From the NCBI GenBank assembly GCA_964247055.1, contig OZ176055.1:9796001-9860000 (forward strand): a stretch of 64,000 bases of DNA, read 5' to 3'. Below are positions 22,191 to 37,294 of the stretch, piece after piece. Positions within the stretch are counted from its first letter, which is position 1. The number at the start of each line of letters is the position of its first letter. The notes under the pieces are model-generated. The model worked only from the letters and a program-made list of their open reading frames with translations, was not told the origin of the DNA and made no database searches. Position numbers and translations under genes: made by a program. This stretch comes from Paragordius varius (taxonomy: Eukaryota; Animalia; Nematomorpha).

Positions 22191-24720
22191 TGACACTAAT
22201 TTTGAGAAAATATATATAAAATACTGAATATTAAATTATTCGCGCTTTTGATTATTTAATATTATAAATTTACTACATTTTTATATGACCTTGACATTGG
22301 GCCATTTACAAAGATATAATGTGATACTGTTAAAATTTCTTTGCAATATTGACATTTATCAAAAACGATGCTATAGTAAAAACCCTTTTCTTCATTTATT
22401 AAATGAAATGAAAAATTACATAATCGGTCAATATTGATTTTGGCAACATTTTTTTAGGTAGATAATAGCTTTTGACCGAAATCATGTAACATTGCATGAA
22501 AATGCAAAAGTAATTATTTATTGCTCAAAAAACTAATCATCTCAATTCAATTTTTTATCATTTAAAATAAATTTCATTAGTTCCAAATTTAAATATGTAT
22601 TTAAACTAAGTTCTAAATAATGTCAGTTGGTCATAAGTCATTACCGGTTTAACTAAGAAAAGACGTGAGCCAAAACTATGCAGACGTTAATTTGATATCT
22701 TACTTTAGAGTCTATAATTTGGACAGTTCCAAAACACGATTGAACTAAACAGCTGATTATAAAATAAATAAATATTAAGTTTTTGATCGTAAAATGCATT
22801 CTGAAAGCTTGCTAAAGCTAATTATTTATATTTTCTCACCATAAATGGCAGCGAACGGGCAGAGGAATTGTTTACAATCTTACATTTTTAAATATGCGCT
22901 TAAAAGGCTAAAAAAGCATATTTTTAAATGCAGCCTAAGGTTTAAAATACTTTTTGAATATTCAAATTTCAAATCGTTCTCGGATATAAAACTACCACAA
23001 ACGGCCATGAAATGAAAAATTTGGTAAATACACATTGTGCAGAGCTTAACCCAGCCATAAAATTTGGGGTCTGCCATAAATTTTTGGTAGAAAATATTAT
23101 AGTATTCATATTGGTCAAAAAATACAACGGTAGGCCACATTATTTGTTTTAATGACGTATTTTAGAAAGGGTCATGTTATTAACCAACTAATTTCTAGAA
23201 AGCGTTTGTGAGTTCTTTACATTAATTAGTATCGTTGTATAATTTATATAGTCTGATATGTTTTGTGAGGAAAAATCTTCGAAATCAATATTTTACATAA
23301 AAATAGGGGCGCATCTATTTATATTTCCAATTATAAAATATTGATGTGCAGTTGTACAGTAAAATTGCTATAAAGTCAATATTTTTGTGAAAAGGGGCTG
23401 AATTGAGGGGCTATTTAAAATAGGGATTAATCACACTCGGCTCATATAGCTATTGGAAACTGACTGTCCCCACACATTTCCCGAAAACGCGTTTCAAAGC
23501 CAAAAATTATTCAAAAAACTATTTTTTCATGGGTGGGGCGGAACTTAGGGGCTAATTTTGAAAAAGAGCGCAATCACCTTCGGCGCATTTGTAAAACTTT
23601 ATGAGAGGCACATTATTGAAACTGACATCGCCTACATGTTTTTCGGAGAGCTTTAAAACCGATATTTGTTTCAAAAAGGTCATTTTTATACGGGTGGGTT
23701 TGGACTGAGTGGCAAATTATAAACAATGGCTTACTCACCCTCGGTGAAATTGCAAAATGATTTTAAAATTTATTGAAACTGACTGTATCCCCATGTTTTT
23801 CGGAATCTTGTTCCAAAGTCAGCGATTGTTTTAAAAACCGCATTTTTATAGGTTTTAGGCTAAGGGGCTAATTTAAAAAAGGGAGTTTACCACCCTCGCA
23901 TTCGTAAACATTAGAAAAAGTACACTATCGAAATCGAATGGGCCCACAAAACGTCTTTATAACTTAAAATGTTAGGGACTTCCAGTTTTTTTCAGAAAAC
24001 CCGATACGGAGTGGGCAAAACTCAGGGACTAATTTAAAGGGCTCAGGCACTGTCGCCGTTTTTATAATTGATTAAATAATTTTTATTTTGGAATCAGAAT
24101 CTGCTTATCTGTTTTCCTCAAGCGTCACACCTATTATTTTTATTAACATTTCATGACCTTTTCCCTTTTGTCCGCAATGACATATTGAGGTAGTTTTATA
24201 TCTCAGAGCTCAATTTTGTTAATAAACTACAGTTTAAGTTATTTCAAAATTTAATTATCTAGCACTGTGGTCATGTATTAGATAAAAGCATGTTTTATAG
24301 TTTTGGCTTTTAGACTCTAAAATATCGACACACGATTAAAACAAACATCTGATATTAAAATCAATATGTATCAAGTTTTTGCTGGTAATATGTAGCCTGA
24401 AACTCTTTAAAATTAATTTACATATTAAAACCATAATGTACAATATAGCGATTTAACACTTCGATTCGAATAGGTGAGTCTAAAGCCCCAAGACAATTTT
24501 TAAATCGGTATTTTAAAATCTACCGAACAAAATTCAAATTAAATTATGCTTCTATAATATAAATTATATTAATACTTGCATACAACACATTCATTTCAGT
24601 GCTTCAATTAAAATTGGGGTTGTTGGATACCCCAGATTAGCTAAATTTCAAAATAATAAAAAAGAAACCACCCTTTCTATTTCTATCAACGTTAGATGTG
24701 ATTTAACAAAAATAATTTTT
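22100..24720. repeat. Local tandem duplication; paralog at 25560-28380, partial copies of parts at 28380-29750 and 61350-63500
   Basis: Near-colinear sequence containing C exon 1, its promoter, a mariner end, the 157-bp repeat array and nested MITE ends. Confidence 0.8.
23390..24060. repeat. Degenerate ~157-bp tandem array (4-5 units), relatively GC-rich
   Basis: TATTG(G)AAACTGAC-like anchors at 23451, 23614, 23771 and 23926; GGGGCTAATTT-like anchors at about 23407, 23548, 23709, 23864 and 24025. Confidence 0.7.
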
Positions 24721-26859
24721 TGTATTTTTATGTCAAGCATGACAATACATCTAAAATTTTTGCGCAGTATCCTGTACCAGACAAGGTTTGACTGTATTAA
24801 ACATTGGTATAATCGTATATTCAGTGAAATGCGAATCTAAAACATTTTATCAATTTTTTAATTGTTTATCATTTTATGTTATCAAAATTAACCAATTTGA
24901 TTGATTCGATAGTAAAGTTCAATCTATATTCATTGACCATTTTTAAATAATTTATGATTGTTAAACACCCTTAACCATTTTAGATATTATTAAGTATTGT
25001 TAAATTTATATTTATTCGATTTCAGAAGATAAAAGCAATAACTTGTGTTCTATTATATTTTATTTTTTATAATGACTAAATTGAATAGCGTTAAACATGA
25101 ACAAATTGTTAGCTTTAATAACGAGCCGCAATAATAAAATTTTTTTGAATAATATTTAAAAAATTCAAAATGATGTTTTGATCAAAGATTATGTCGGCGG
25201 GTGGCCGACGATCATCGGACGCTACACCCTTTACATATTGCATCTATATAACACATTTACAGTCATTTACTACTTGATTATACTTTTACATATATTAGTT
25301 TAGGCCTACCTTTTCAGATTTTTTTGTGGTACTTTTTTAATTGAATTACCCAAATATTCATAGAGTTTTTGCTTGTCGAAAACAATTATCAGTTCTCAGG
25401 CGTATTTTATAACACATATATCGCAGCTAAAATGTCGTTTAAAATCCTATTTATTTTGGATTCGAGTTTTTTAATGGGTCCGTAAAATTTATTTGGATAT
25501 TTTTTCCATTTATATCGATAACTTAATGTAATTTACCGTACCCCTGGCTTTTTTGAGCGTTTTTTAATTGGATACGTTATGTCTAACACAAGTTTTTAAT
25601 CTCGATGCACAATCGTATCTTTTTAAGCAATTATTGATAAGCAATATCACAACAAATACTTAAGGAACATTTCATGACACTAATTTTGAAAAAAAATATA
25701 GATAAAATACTGAATACTAAATTATTCGCGCTTTTGATTATTTAATGTTATAAATTAACTACATTTTTATATGACCTTGACATTGAGCCATTTACAAAGA
25801 TATTATGTGATACTGTTAAAATTTCTTTGCAATATTGACATTTATCAAAAACGATGCTATAGTAAAAACCCTTTTCTTTACATTTATTATCATATAATGA
25901 AATGAAAAATTACATAATCGGTCAATATTGATTTTGCAAAATATTTGTAGATAATAGCTTTAAGCCGAAGTCATGTAACATTGCATGAAATGCAAAAGTA
26001 ATACTTTATTGCGCAAAAAACTAATCATAATTCAATTTTTTACCATATAAAATAAATTATTAGTTCCAAATTAAAATATGTATTTAAACAAAGTTTTATA
26101 ATAATGTCAGTTGGTCATAAGTCATTACCGGTTTAACTAAGAAAAGACGTGAGCCAAAGCTATGCAGACGTTAATTTGATATCTAACTCTAGAGTTTAAA
26201 ATTTGGACAGCTCCAAAACACGATTGAACTAAACAGCTTATTATAAAATAAATAAATATTAAGTTTTTGATCGTAAAATGCATCCTGAAAGCTTGCAAAA
26301 TTTGGGTAGAGGAATTATGTACAATCTTATATTTTGTAAAACATGTGCCTAAAAGGCTAAAAAAGCATATTTTTAAATTCTGCCTAAGGTTTGAAATACT
26401 TTTTGAATATTCAAATTTCAAATCGCTCTCGGATATAAATCTACCACAAACGGCGAAATGTTAAATATCGTAAATACACAGTGCAGAGCTTAACCCAGCC
26501 ATAAAAATTGGGGTCTGCCATAAATTTACGTAAAATATTATTGAATTCATATTGGTCAAAAAATGCAACGGGAGGTCACGTTATTTGTTTTAATGACGTA
26601 TTTTAGAAAGGGTCATGTTATAAACCAACTAATTTCCAGAAAGCGCTTTTAAGTTCTTTATATTAATTAGTATCGTTGTATAATTTATATAGTCTGATAT
26701 GTTTTGTGAGGAAAAATCTTCGATATCAATATTTTAAATAAAAATAGGGAAATATGTTGTTAAAATCGCCAAAGGCGCATTTATAATAAGATATTTCTAA
26801 TTATAAAATATGGATGTGCAGTTGTACAGTAAAATTGCTATAAAGTCAATATTTTTGTG

Positions 26860-27530
26860 AAAAGGGGCTGAATTGAGGGGCTATTTAATATAGGGATTAA
26901 TCACACTCGGCTCATAAGCTATTGGAAACTGACTGTCCCCACACATTTCCCGAAAACGCGTTTCAAAGCCAAAAATTATTCAAAAAAACTATTTTTTCAT
27001 GGATGGGGCGGAACTTAGGGGCTAATTTTGAAAAAGAGCGCAATCACCTTCGGCGCATTTGTAAAACATTATGAGAGGTACACTATTGTAACTGACTTCG
27101 CCTTTATGTTTTTCGGGAAAGGGCTTTAAAACCGATATTTGTTTTAAAAAGGTCATTTTTACACGGATGGGGCTGGACTGAGTGGCATATCCTAAACAAT
27201 GGCTTACTCACTCTCGGTGAAATTACAAAATAATTTTAAATTTATTGAAACTGACTGTGTCCCCATGTTTTTCAGAATCTTGTTCCAAAGTCAACGATTG
27301 TTCTAAAGCATTTTTATAGGTTTTAGGCTAAGGGGCTAATTTAAAAAAGGGAGTTCACCACCCTCGCATTCGTAAACATTAAAAAAAGTACACTATCGAA
27401 ATCGAATGGGCTCACAAAACGTCTTTATAACTTAAAATGTTAGGGACTTCCCTTTTTTCAGAAAATCCGATACGGAGTGGGCAAAACTCAGGGATTAATT
27501 TAAAGGGCTCAGGCACTGTCGGCGTTTTTT
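26860..27530. repeat. Second copy of the ~157-bp tandem array
   Basis: Colinear with 23390-24060. Confidence 0.7.
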
Positions 27531-30500
27531 AAAATTGAATAAATAATTTTTATTTTGGAATCAGAATCTGCTTATCTGTTTTCCCCAAGCGTCACACCTA
27601 TTATTTTTATTAACATTTCAGGACCTTTTCCCTTTTGTCCGCAATTACATATTGAGGTTTTATATCTCAGAGCTCAATTTTGTTAATAAACTACAGTTTA
27701 AGTTATTTCAAGATTTGATTATCAAATTAGTAAAAGCATATATTTTTTACAGTTTTGGCTTTTAGACTCTACTAAAATATCGACACACGATTAAAACAAA
27801 CATCTGATATTAAATTCAATATATCAAGTTTTTGCTGGTAATATGTAGCCTGAAACTCTTTAAAGTTAATTATTTACATTTTTAAACCATAATGTACATT
27901 TATTTGCCCTTTGCATTAGCGATTTAACACTTCGATTCGAATTGGTGTTGTGTCTAAAGCCCCAAGACCATTTTTAAATCGGTATTTTTTAAAAATATAC
28001 CGAATAACATCTAAATTAAAATTATGCCTCTATTCTAACATAATTATATTAACACTTGCATACAACACATTCATTTCTGTCCTTCAATTCAAATTGGGGT
28101 TGTTGGATACCCCAGGCCTGTTTAAAATCAAATATTTATGGATGGAATCCAAACCACGTCAAAAGTCTGCACTTATATAACATTAATTTTCCCAAATATA
28201 AAAAAAAATTTATTTAAAAATACTGGATATTACTTATTTCAAAGTAAAACCTAAAGGTAATAATTTAGTCAACAAGACATGTGTGTATTAGCTAAATTTC
28301 GAAATAATAAAAAAGAAACAACCTTTTCTGTTTCTATCAACGTTAGATGTGATTTAACAAAAATAATTCTTTGTATTTTTATGTCAAGCATGACAATACA
28401 TCTAAATATTTTTTTGCGCAGTATCCTGTACCAGACAAGGTTTGACTGTATATTAAACATTGGTGTAATCGTATATTCAGTGAAATGCGAACATAAAAGA
28501 TTTTATCATATCATTTTTTATGTTATCAAAATTACCAATTTGATTGATTAATTTAAGTTCAATCTATATTGTGGTATACATTGACCATTTTTAAATAATT
28601 TATGATTGTTAAACAAACTTAACCATTTTAGATATTAATAAATATTGTTAAATTTATATCCATTCGATTTCAGAAGATAAAAGCAATAACTTGTGTTCTA
28701 TTATATTTTATTTTTTATAATGACTAAATTGAATAACGTTAAACATGAAATTGTTAGCTTCAATAACGAGCCGCAATAATAAAATTTTTTTGAATAATAT
28801 TTAAAATTTTCAAAATGATGTTATGCTCAAAGATTATGTCGGCGGGTGGCCGATGATCATCCGAAGCTACACCCTTAACTTATTACATGTATATAACAAA
28901 TTGACAGTCATTTACTACTTGATTAAACTTTTACATATATTAGTTCCTATCTTTTTAGATTTTACTGTGGTAGTTTTAAAATTCACTTACCCAAATATTC
29001 ATAGAGTTTTTACTTGCCGAAAACAATTATCAGTTCTCAGGCGTATTTTACAACACATACATCGCAGCTAAAATTTTGTTCAAAATTTTATTTATTTTGA
29101 AATCGAGTTTATTATTAAATGGGTCCGTAAAATTTATTTGGATATTTTTTTCATTTATATCGATAATTTAATTGTAATTTACCATACCTCAGGCTTTTTT
29201 AAGCGTTTTTTAATTGGATATATGTCTAACACAAGTTTTTAACCTCGATGCACAATCGTATCTTTTTAACCAATTCATAATAACCAATATCACAACAAAT
29301 ACTTGAGGAACATTTTTGCACTAATTTTCATAAATGAATATAATGAATACTAAATTATTCGCGCTTTTGATTGTTTATTAATATCAATTAAGTTCATTTT
29401 TATATGGCCTTGATTATAGGCCATTTAGGTTCCATTTACAAAGATAATATGTGATACTTTAATATTTCTTTGTAATACTGACATTTAGTAAAAACGATGC
29501 TATCTCTTTTCTTAATCACATTTATGAAATGAACAATTACATAATGATCGAGCAATATTGATTTTGTCAACATTTTGCTACGGAGATAATAACTTTTGGC
29601 CGAAATCATTTAATTGCATGAAAATTCAAAAGAGATAATATTTATTGCGCAAAAATAATAATCTTAACTAATACACATATAAAATAAATTTTATTTCCAA
29701 ATTAATGTATGTACTCAAACAAAGTTCTATAATAATGTCCGTTGGTCATACATTTAATTTTATATAATATCTCATTGTTAATGGGAGGAGATTTCTACAA
29801 AGATTTAAAAACAATGTATGCAAGTTGTACAGTAAGACGAAATCAACTTCATCTTCTGGTGTGAATTAATCTAACACCGCTAACAGCAATCCTAACCTTT
29901 TAAAGTTTATATCAAAACTCGACAATTTTTTTGTCCTTTTTGCGATGGAGTGAAATATGGAAAATGTTGAAATCATAATTCGGCCTGCTTTTATATTTAT
30001 ATCTAATAACAAATTGTATAAAAATATTTTCTAAATTAAGCGTGTTCGTGTCACGTAATATGTTTTATCTAGCATTTTATGCATCATATATAAAATGTGC
30101 ACCGCGCATTATTTTATATTAATATTCGGCATATTTTTATGAATTAAGTAAAAAATATCTGCGAATAATTCGATAAATTATAATATATAACATTGCGTTC
30201 AAAATCGGGGGATATAAAAAATATCCTGATAAATATATATATTCTGATAGGAAAATGTTTCAGGACTATCATGGTGCTTTTGGTTTTGGCTCTTACGAGT
30301 GATTGAGGAAAGTTATTTAAACTTTTGTGGTAAATTTTCCATATATATATGGCGAAATTTGCGAACATTTTTTTAATAAATTATTTTGGTAAAAGCTATA
30401 TGTTCATCATTCCAAAAATATCACTAAAATATATCATAAACTATATGTAAAAAGCAGCAAATCAATATTTTGATAAAATTTCAATTTTGGTTTATAGCGT

Positions 30501-31150
30501 CCGAAATTTTCGGACGCGTATAAAATAACCAATCCCAAAAATTCCTCAATAAAAATTAATATGTGCTAAATAATTACATAAAAGATATTTTTCCCAGAAA
30601 ATGGATTAAGACAGCTTTAGTGAAAGTAAGGTATTTTGGAGCATGGTCGAAAGTTATAAAACACTTTAAGATATCAAAAGGACACTTTTCTATTTAATTT
30701 GATGATGCACATATCTATCATTCAGATTTTTGATTAAGTTTGTTGGATCTCAAATTTCAAATCATTTTTTGTTACCTTTTATGGATATAACTTAAATTTG
30801 TCGACAAACAAAGAATTTTTCCGCATTATCGAATTATATAGGAAAAATGTTTAAAAATATCTAAAACTTTTTTATATTGTTTCCAACTTGCTTAAATGAA
30901 TATTGAAAATACCTTCACCAAATTTCTGTAAATTAAATTTTAAAGCAAAATTTTTATCGCACAATATCGGCATTTTTGCGTTTAATTTCAGAGAACTTGC
31001 GCACGGGTCCAATTTAAATATTTTGGAGCCCAAGTAAAATTCAATAATATTTGTTTTGCTTTTTATATGTATTTAATGATATAATTTTGAAATGAAGCAT
31101 ACTTTTATCAATCTTAAAAAGTACCATTTCTGTTACATTAATCTATTAGA

Positions 31151-31183
<33 letters not shown>

Positions 31184-31266
31184 TTCATGAAAATATTTTT
31201 TTATGCACATTCTAGGATAAAAATATGTATCCCTCCCAAATTTATTTCTTCATGTTATGGATAACA

Positions 31267-34200
31267 TTAAATTTTAAGTTGAGGTATAATAAAATCCAAA
31301 TATTTTCTGACATCAATGTAAAAAGACACTCTCATATCCAAGTCCGGTTCATTGGCTACCTCAGAAGCTACACCAAATACTTTATTATTGCAAACAAGTG
31401 GTCCTCCGCTATCACCCTATATTTAAATATGTACATTTTATAAACAACAAAAATTTACATCTAGTTTTGTTATAAAACTGATCTCATAAAAATGTATACA
31501 CCTACCAGTTCAGAACCGCGCCAATTATCGTCAGATCTGCCACAAACTTTATTAAATAAATTCAATCTTCCAGCTTGAATTCTTTGCTGGACCCTTTCTA
31601 TGTCACTGCAAGCGGTTTGATCCAAATGGTTTAATTCAACTCTCTTAAGATTAGCTAAACAAAAGGGAAAACATGATAATTTATTTACATAAAATTTTCT
31701 AATCCAAGAAACTGGACTAACCATAGAAATTATTAAAAACTAGCTTTTATTCATTTAAGCCATGGTAAAAGTAATATTTAAATACTCACGTAATACAGGA
31801 CCCCATCCATAAGCAGTACACTTCCCCGAAACTGTTTCTCCCCCATTGGGCAAGGGCATATATAATAAACCCGATATGGGTTTGGCTAACTTCAAAATAG
31901 CGACATCATTCTTTTGTAGGTTAGGATTATACGATGGATGTGGTATAATTTTTTTGACTGGTACAGTTTGCCCTCCAGACTGGGAAATATCATTAACACC
32001 CGCTTTTAATTATATTTTTGAGGGTTTCCTATGCAACAATAGATTAAAGGTTTTTGTTGAAAGCAATAACTTATGTCGTGAATCAGTTATTCCATATTTG
32101 AAGTTATAAATATTTAAACGATTCCAAAAATAATATTATTCTTCAAATCTTTGAAACAAGGCTAAAGTTTCTTTTTCTTCAGATCATTGATTTTTCATGA
32201 AAAAGCAAGCAGCTTATTGCAAATCTTTATAGTTTATATGTTTTGTGACATTATATTCATTTTGTATCGGCATTACAAATTTATTTAAAAGAGAAAACAG
32301 GCAAAATTAATAATCATTTTATTAAGAAAAGTTTTTTTCCCCGTAAAATTTAATTAATCCATATAGTTATAATATGTTTGACAAGCAAACTTACAATGTA
32401 TATACGCAGTGCGCTGCAGTTAGAATGGTGGTGGGATTGAGAAGGGTGCCAACACATCGATTTTTTTGAGGCAAACCCAAATGTACCTAAATCAGTGCGT
32501 TCAAATATACAGTTAAAATTGAAATTATACGGACAAAATGTAAAAATATAAAGACATATATTTTTTTTCAAAAGACAACCATACTTTTTATAACTCATTC
32601 ATTTATATGGCAAAGTAAGAAAAAGAGATAAATATTACTAAGACAATCAATTCTATATTTTACAACTGTAACAAAATAGCTTATATAAGAAAAATTAAGG
32701 GTTTTAAAAGTATGGTTGTCTTTTAGATAAAATTTGTCTTTGTATTTTTACATTTTGTCCGTATAATTTCAATTTTTACTGTAAAATTAAATATTGTAGA
32801 ACAAAATACAAAGAAATATTATGAAAATTTAATTACGACGTAAGTGGCCCGAAAGTTTACTATAGTGCCTCCTGCAATCATCAATGCTAATATAAATAAA
32901 TAGAAAATTTAAAATTACAGTTAATCTCTTTTTGTTGTTCATAGCAAACATCAAGAAGAATTCTTCTATGCGCAACATGCAAAATTTAAAATTTTATATA
33001 AAGAGCTGTAATATGAAAGTATAAAAATTGTCTTTTACAGAAAAATTGAAATTTAAACTATAAAGACAAATATTTTTTTTCAAAAGACCACCATACTTTT
33101 TTGAACCTTAATATTACTTATATAAAATATTTACCTACCTACCACTGTAAAATATAAAATTGATGGGTTTTCTATTACATCTCTATTTGATACATTTTCG
33201 ATTAAAATAATGAGTTATATTGAAAATAATCAAGATTAAAAAAGTATGGTTGTCTTTTCATAAAAAAATATTTGTCTGTATATTTTGACGTTTTGTCCGT
33301 ATCAATTTTTACTGTAAATGCAGCAATCAACCAATTTATGAATCCTGACAGCTTATATACTAGGGTACTTAAACATGGTGAAAAGAGTGGGTGTTTTTTA
33401 CATCCCATTGATTTATATGGACTATAGGAACTTTAAATTATCGACATAGCGTCCATAATCAATAACCCATAACGGAAACAATGAGCCACACGAGATATCA
33501 GTGGTACTTAAACCGAGAAGCACGAGCCGCATAAGGCGCTCAACTGATTTATTCTGGCCACTTATTTTGCAAAAACATACCAATTACATTTTAAATTCCC
33601 CCTTGAACAATTTAAATTCACCTTCCAACAATTCCTCAAATAAATTATATGTTTTTTAAGATTAAAAATAACGTATATTTTTATGTATTTTTCAAAAAAT
33701 AAAATTTTGTTTAAAATTAAAATAATACTGAAAAAATAATAACTTTTGCCATAAATTTATATTTCCTATTAATAATGAGTTATATTAGTTCGAAAACAAT
33801 TAATTATTGGGTGAATTAGAATTGTTCGAGGCTGAATTTGAATGTAAATAGTATATCAAAATTTTATCATGAAAGGTTACATTAGCGGTACTTAATGCGG
33901 CTCACCACACAATAAACGTCGTATGAAAATCATTCACAAATGTGTAGAACCAGAATGTTAAATTTGTAAGGATTAAATTGGTTCCGGTTTCAAAATTTTA
34001 GAAACGACCCCGGTTCGATTTTTTACCAGGACGGTTACGATTTCAATTTTTTCGACCCGGTTCGAAGCTTTATAATTAATGAGAATTTATCACTTAAAAC
34101 GATAAATCTTACGCACATATCGCTATTATTTCGTTTAAAAATTACATTGGATCTAAGTTAATATTCAGTTTAGTTAATAAAATTGATTAATAAAATAATA

Positions 34201-34354
34201 GCTTCATACCCCTGGCTTTTTTCATGGTCGTTGTATTGAGCGCCTTTTCACTTCCGTTTCCGTTATAACGAAGAGGTCCATTTAACCGTGAATCACAATG
34301 GTAATTTTTTAAATTTATGATTAATAATGTTAAAAGTAAAGATTTAGAAAACAT
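31267..34354 (-). pseudogene. S1A serine protease copy A2 with one premature stop
   Basis: Exons 34354-34210, 32886-32837, 32486-32395, 32028-31790, 31654-31506, 31416-31267; all splice sites intact; TAT changed to TAA at 32012-32010 early in exon 4, upstream of the catalytic Asp and Ser. Confidence 0.85.
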
Positions 34355-35010
34355 TCTGACACAAATTTTTAGAAATTAAAAAATAAAACGTTTTCCAATT
34401 ACTTCCCCTTATATCAATTACAAATAAAGAAAGATGAAGGTTATCAAATATTTAATTAGTAGATAAGGTAAACATGAAACGACTGTATGTGTGACCTTAA
34501 ATTAGCATTTTTATATTTCATTTACAAAGATGCTAATATATGGTAAATTAACAATATTGACACTTTCAAATCTGCAGCTATAAAAAATTCCTTAAATTAG
34601 ATAACATTCAAATAAAAATGAAATAAATAAATACTTGGTCAATAATGATTTTGGTAAAATAAAATTTAATAGGTTTTAATTAAACGTGCTAAACCGATTT
34701 GATAAGAAATTGAATGAAAATACAAAATATCATAATTGCTTATTATTATTTCTTCATTGGCCTAATTATTTCATATATAATATATAAAAATTTATATTTG
34801 TAATTCTTTATACAGAAATTAATTAATTTGCAAATAGGGTTAATGTTAGTTTTAAACCATAACAAATCGAAATATCAGCGTTGTCTAATTAGATTTACGG
34901 AGCGTTAATTAAGCGTAAAAAGCTGATACCGAATTGAAAATAATGCATAATAAATGGTTGAATTAGGGATTCATTACCTTGTACTCAAATATAAAACCAT
35001 TATTTATATA

Positions 35011-36134
35011 CCAGGTGTAGTCAAAAGTTTTTATCAATTTTTTTTGTAAAACACGGAAAGGGATTGCATTATATATTTTATTCAATCTATTTTTTATCGG
35101 CTAATTGCCCATCTCTCAGGTAATATATAAACTGATTATTTTTTGCAAAAAAGCATTCGTCAACCATTTTTCAACGTCCTAGAAATTATTGAGTGTTGCT
35201 CTGCGAGTGATGAAATTTATGCGAAGAGGTAAAATTCGAATGACGGTAGATAAGGGTACGCTGGATGCAGAATAGTTTCTCAACGAAGCGATTTTAAGGT
35301 GCATTTTTTAGTTTTGCTGTGTGAGACGAGCATTGTCATATATCAAAATCACTTTGCCATATTTTCTAGCCGATTCCGGTCGTTTTTTTGACTAATTATC
35401 ATTTGTTTGTTGATGGAAGAGTTGTGTATCAACTGTTTCACCCGGAAAAAGTCATAATATCTGTCTCTTAGACAGAAGACCATGATCCCTTGCCAAAGCG
35501 AACTCGCCTTGGTGCCGTGGGCCGGTTTGGCAACGTGAGAGAACGCGATTTCGCTTTGGATTAATTAAATAAACCTCTCATCACCCGTCAAATAACGATT
35601 TAAATATGATTCTTTCGGGACGTTGATTTTACAAGCCACTTCGGAATTTCCAGTTTGACACTTCATTCAAATTGTTGTACCTATTTATAGAATTTATTGG
35701 TCTTTCCCATTGATTGCAAACGTCGACTGATTGTTTATTTGTGATACTTATAATTTTTCTTCCAATCGGCCGTTGAATTTGAGTTGGGTCATTACTAAAT
35801 TTCTGTATATTCCTCTTCACAGTTGTGTGGCAGAGCGCCCATTCTCTTAAATATTAATTACGTTTCATGTGTTTTAAGCTATGAAGCACGTCAATAAGTT
35901 TTTACCATTAAATGATGACTTTCAACAGCGTTTACTCTGAGAGAATGATAAACCAATGCATGCTGCAAATGTCCCAGGTACCAAATTGGAAATGATTACT
36001 GAATGATTAATATTAAAAGGTGTATAATGGAGTCAAATTGTGTGTCTTATCAGATAAAAATGGCGCTTGCGTCAATCGACTGCATGCTTGCTGACCTCTC
36101 TCAATTAAACCGAATGACGTATGATTCTACCTAG
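35011..36134 (-). mobile_element. Degenerate mariner (Mos1-like, D,D34D) upstream of A2
   Basis: TA|CCAGGTGTAGTCAAAAG TIR; minus-strand remnants LTGDERFI, NPKR, RFGK, FPGETVDTQLFHQQ, KRPESARKYGKVILIYDNAR, HPAY..FYLFA...LAEQH..DVEKWL. Confidence 0.9.
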
Positions 36135-37294
36135 TATATGTTCACGTTTTTATATATTGCTATATCATACATTAATTTCTTGGTTAATGTCAATTTAGAT
36201 TTAATCTTTCAGCTTGTAATGTTTATGTTTATTTACATCCATACATAAATCATAGACTAAATATATAAAATGGCTGTTTGAGAACAAGCTTAAATTCCAA
36301 GAAAGAAAGTCATATGTAATACCAATGATTACACTAGTCCACAAGGTTTTGCACGACCCCATTTTTTTGCATTTTCTGTTAACTAATGCTGGAAAGGCCA
36401 AAATAATTGAGGGCACCAATAGGATTTTTTTAAATTTAATTTTGTTTTTTGTTTTTAATTTAAAAAAATAGTTTTTTCGTGTAGATATGTATAAATACTT
36501 AAACGAATAAGTCGATAATAATGAGATTTCACTGGCAGGATTTTTATTAAAATTTTAAAATATAGAAATTAATGCTATATCAATTATTTTAAATGCATAC
36601 ACTAAATGAATCCCAATTTTTTGTATGTTATATCGTTATATATTGATACAAATATTGTGTTATAAAATGAAATATACTTTTAATAATACTACACAACTGC
36701 TTTATAAAGAAAAAGAGTATAAGAGTATCTTCTGTTAGATGTGTTACTAAGATATGGTTAGAATCAATAAATGAAAAGTTGATTTCCATGTTAAAATATA
36801 ACTACTGGATCATAGTCCCCAAAATTGTATTAGTTCTTTTATTAACTTATTTATATGCAGAAGATAGAGTTTAAAAGCTTTATTAAATGACATAAATTTT
36901 TTAATATAATAACTTTTTATTATAAAGTTATATTTGTTATTTTCTCTTGTTTCAAAAAATTGAAAAACCCGTAATATCTAGAAATTCTGATTGAAGGATC
37001 AAAAATTTTTCAAATTTGGTTTAGGAAACTGAAATTGTCTAAAATTAATTTTTTTAGTGATGTTGCTTGAAAAAGTTTAAATTTGTTGACTTATTGTTTT
37101 TATATTTGAAAATAAATTATAAGTGAAACAGCCCAAACACATTATTGAAAGCAAACATTTTTAAAAATTTGTAGCTTTACTATTATTCAGCGGCAGCCTC
37201 GAATTTCTTAGTAAAAGTGTTATTTAATATTTTTGATTCTATATCGGATTTTTAAAATTTGCCTTTTTAATAATTTTTTATTAATGCATTATGT

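Larger units (their letters stand above)
5800..29770. repeat. Segmental duplication unit 1 (A1-B1-mariner-C1 plus internal local duplications)
   Basis: Colinear homology of exons, introns, promoters and TE relics with 29790-47875 and 47885-64000. Confidence 0.85.

Noticed and set aside
23390-24060. Regularly spaced repeats as a possible CRISPR array
   Set aside because: Eukaryotic context, degenerate full-length tandem units, no unique spacers and no cas genes
25200-25243. KGVAS segment as the missing C-type exon 6 (compare FGVAS)
   Set aside because: No GDSGGP upstream, and it lies between exons 1 and 2 rather than after exon 5
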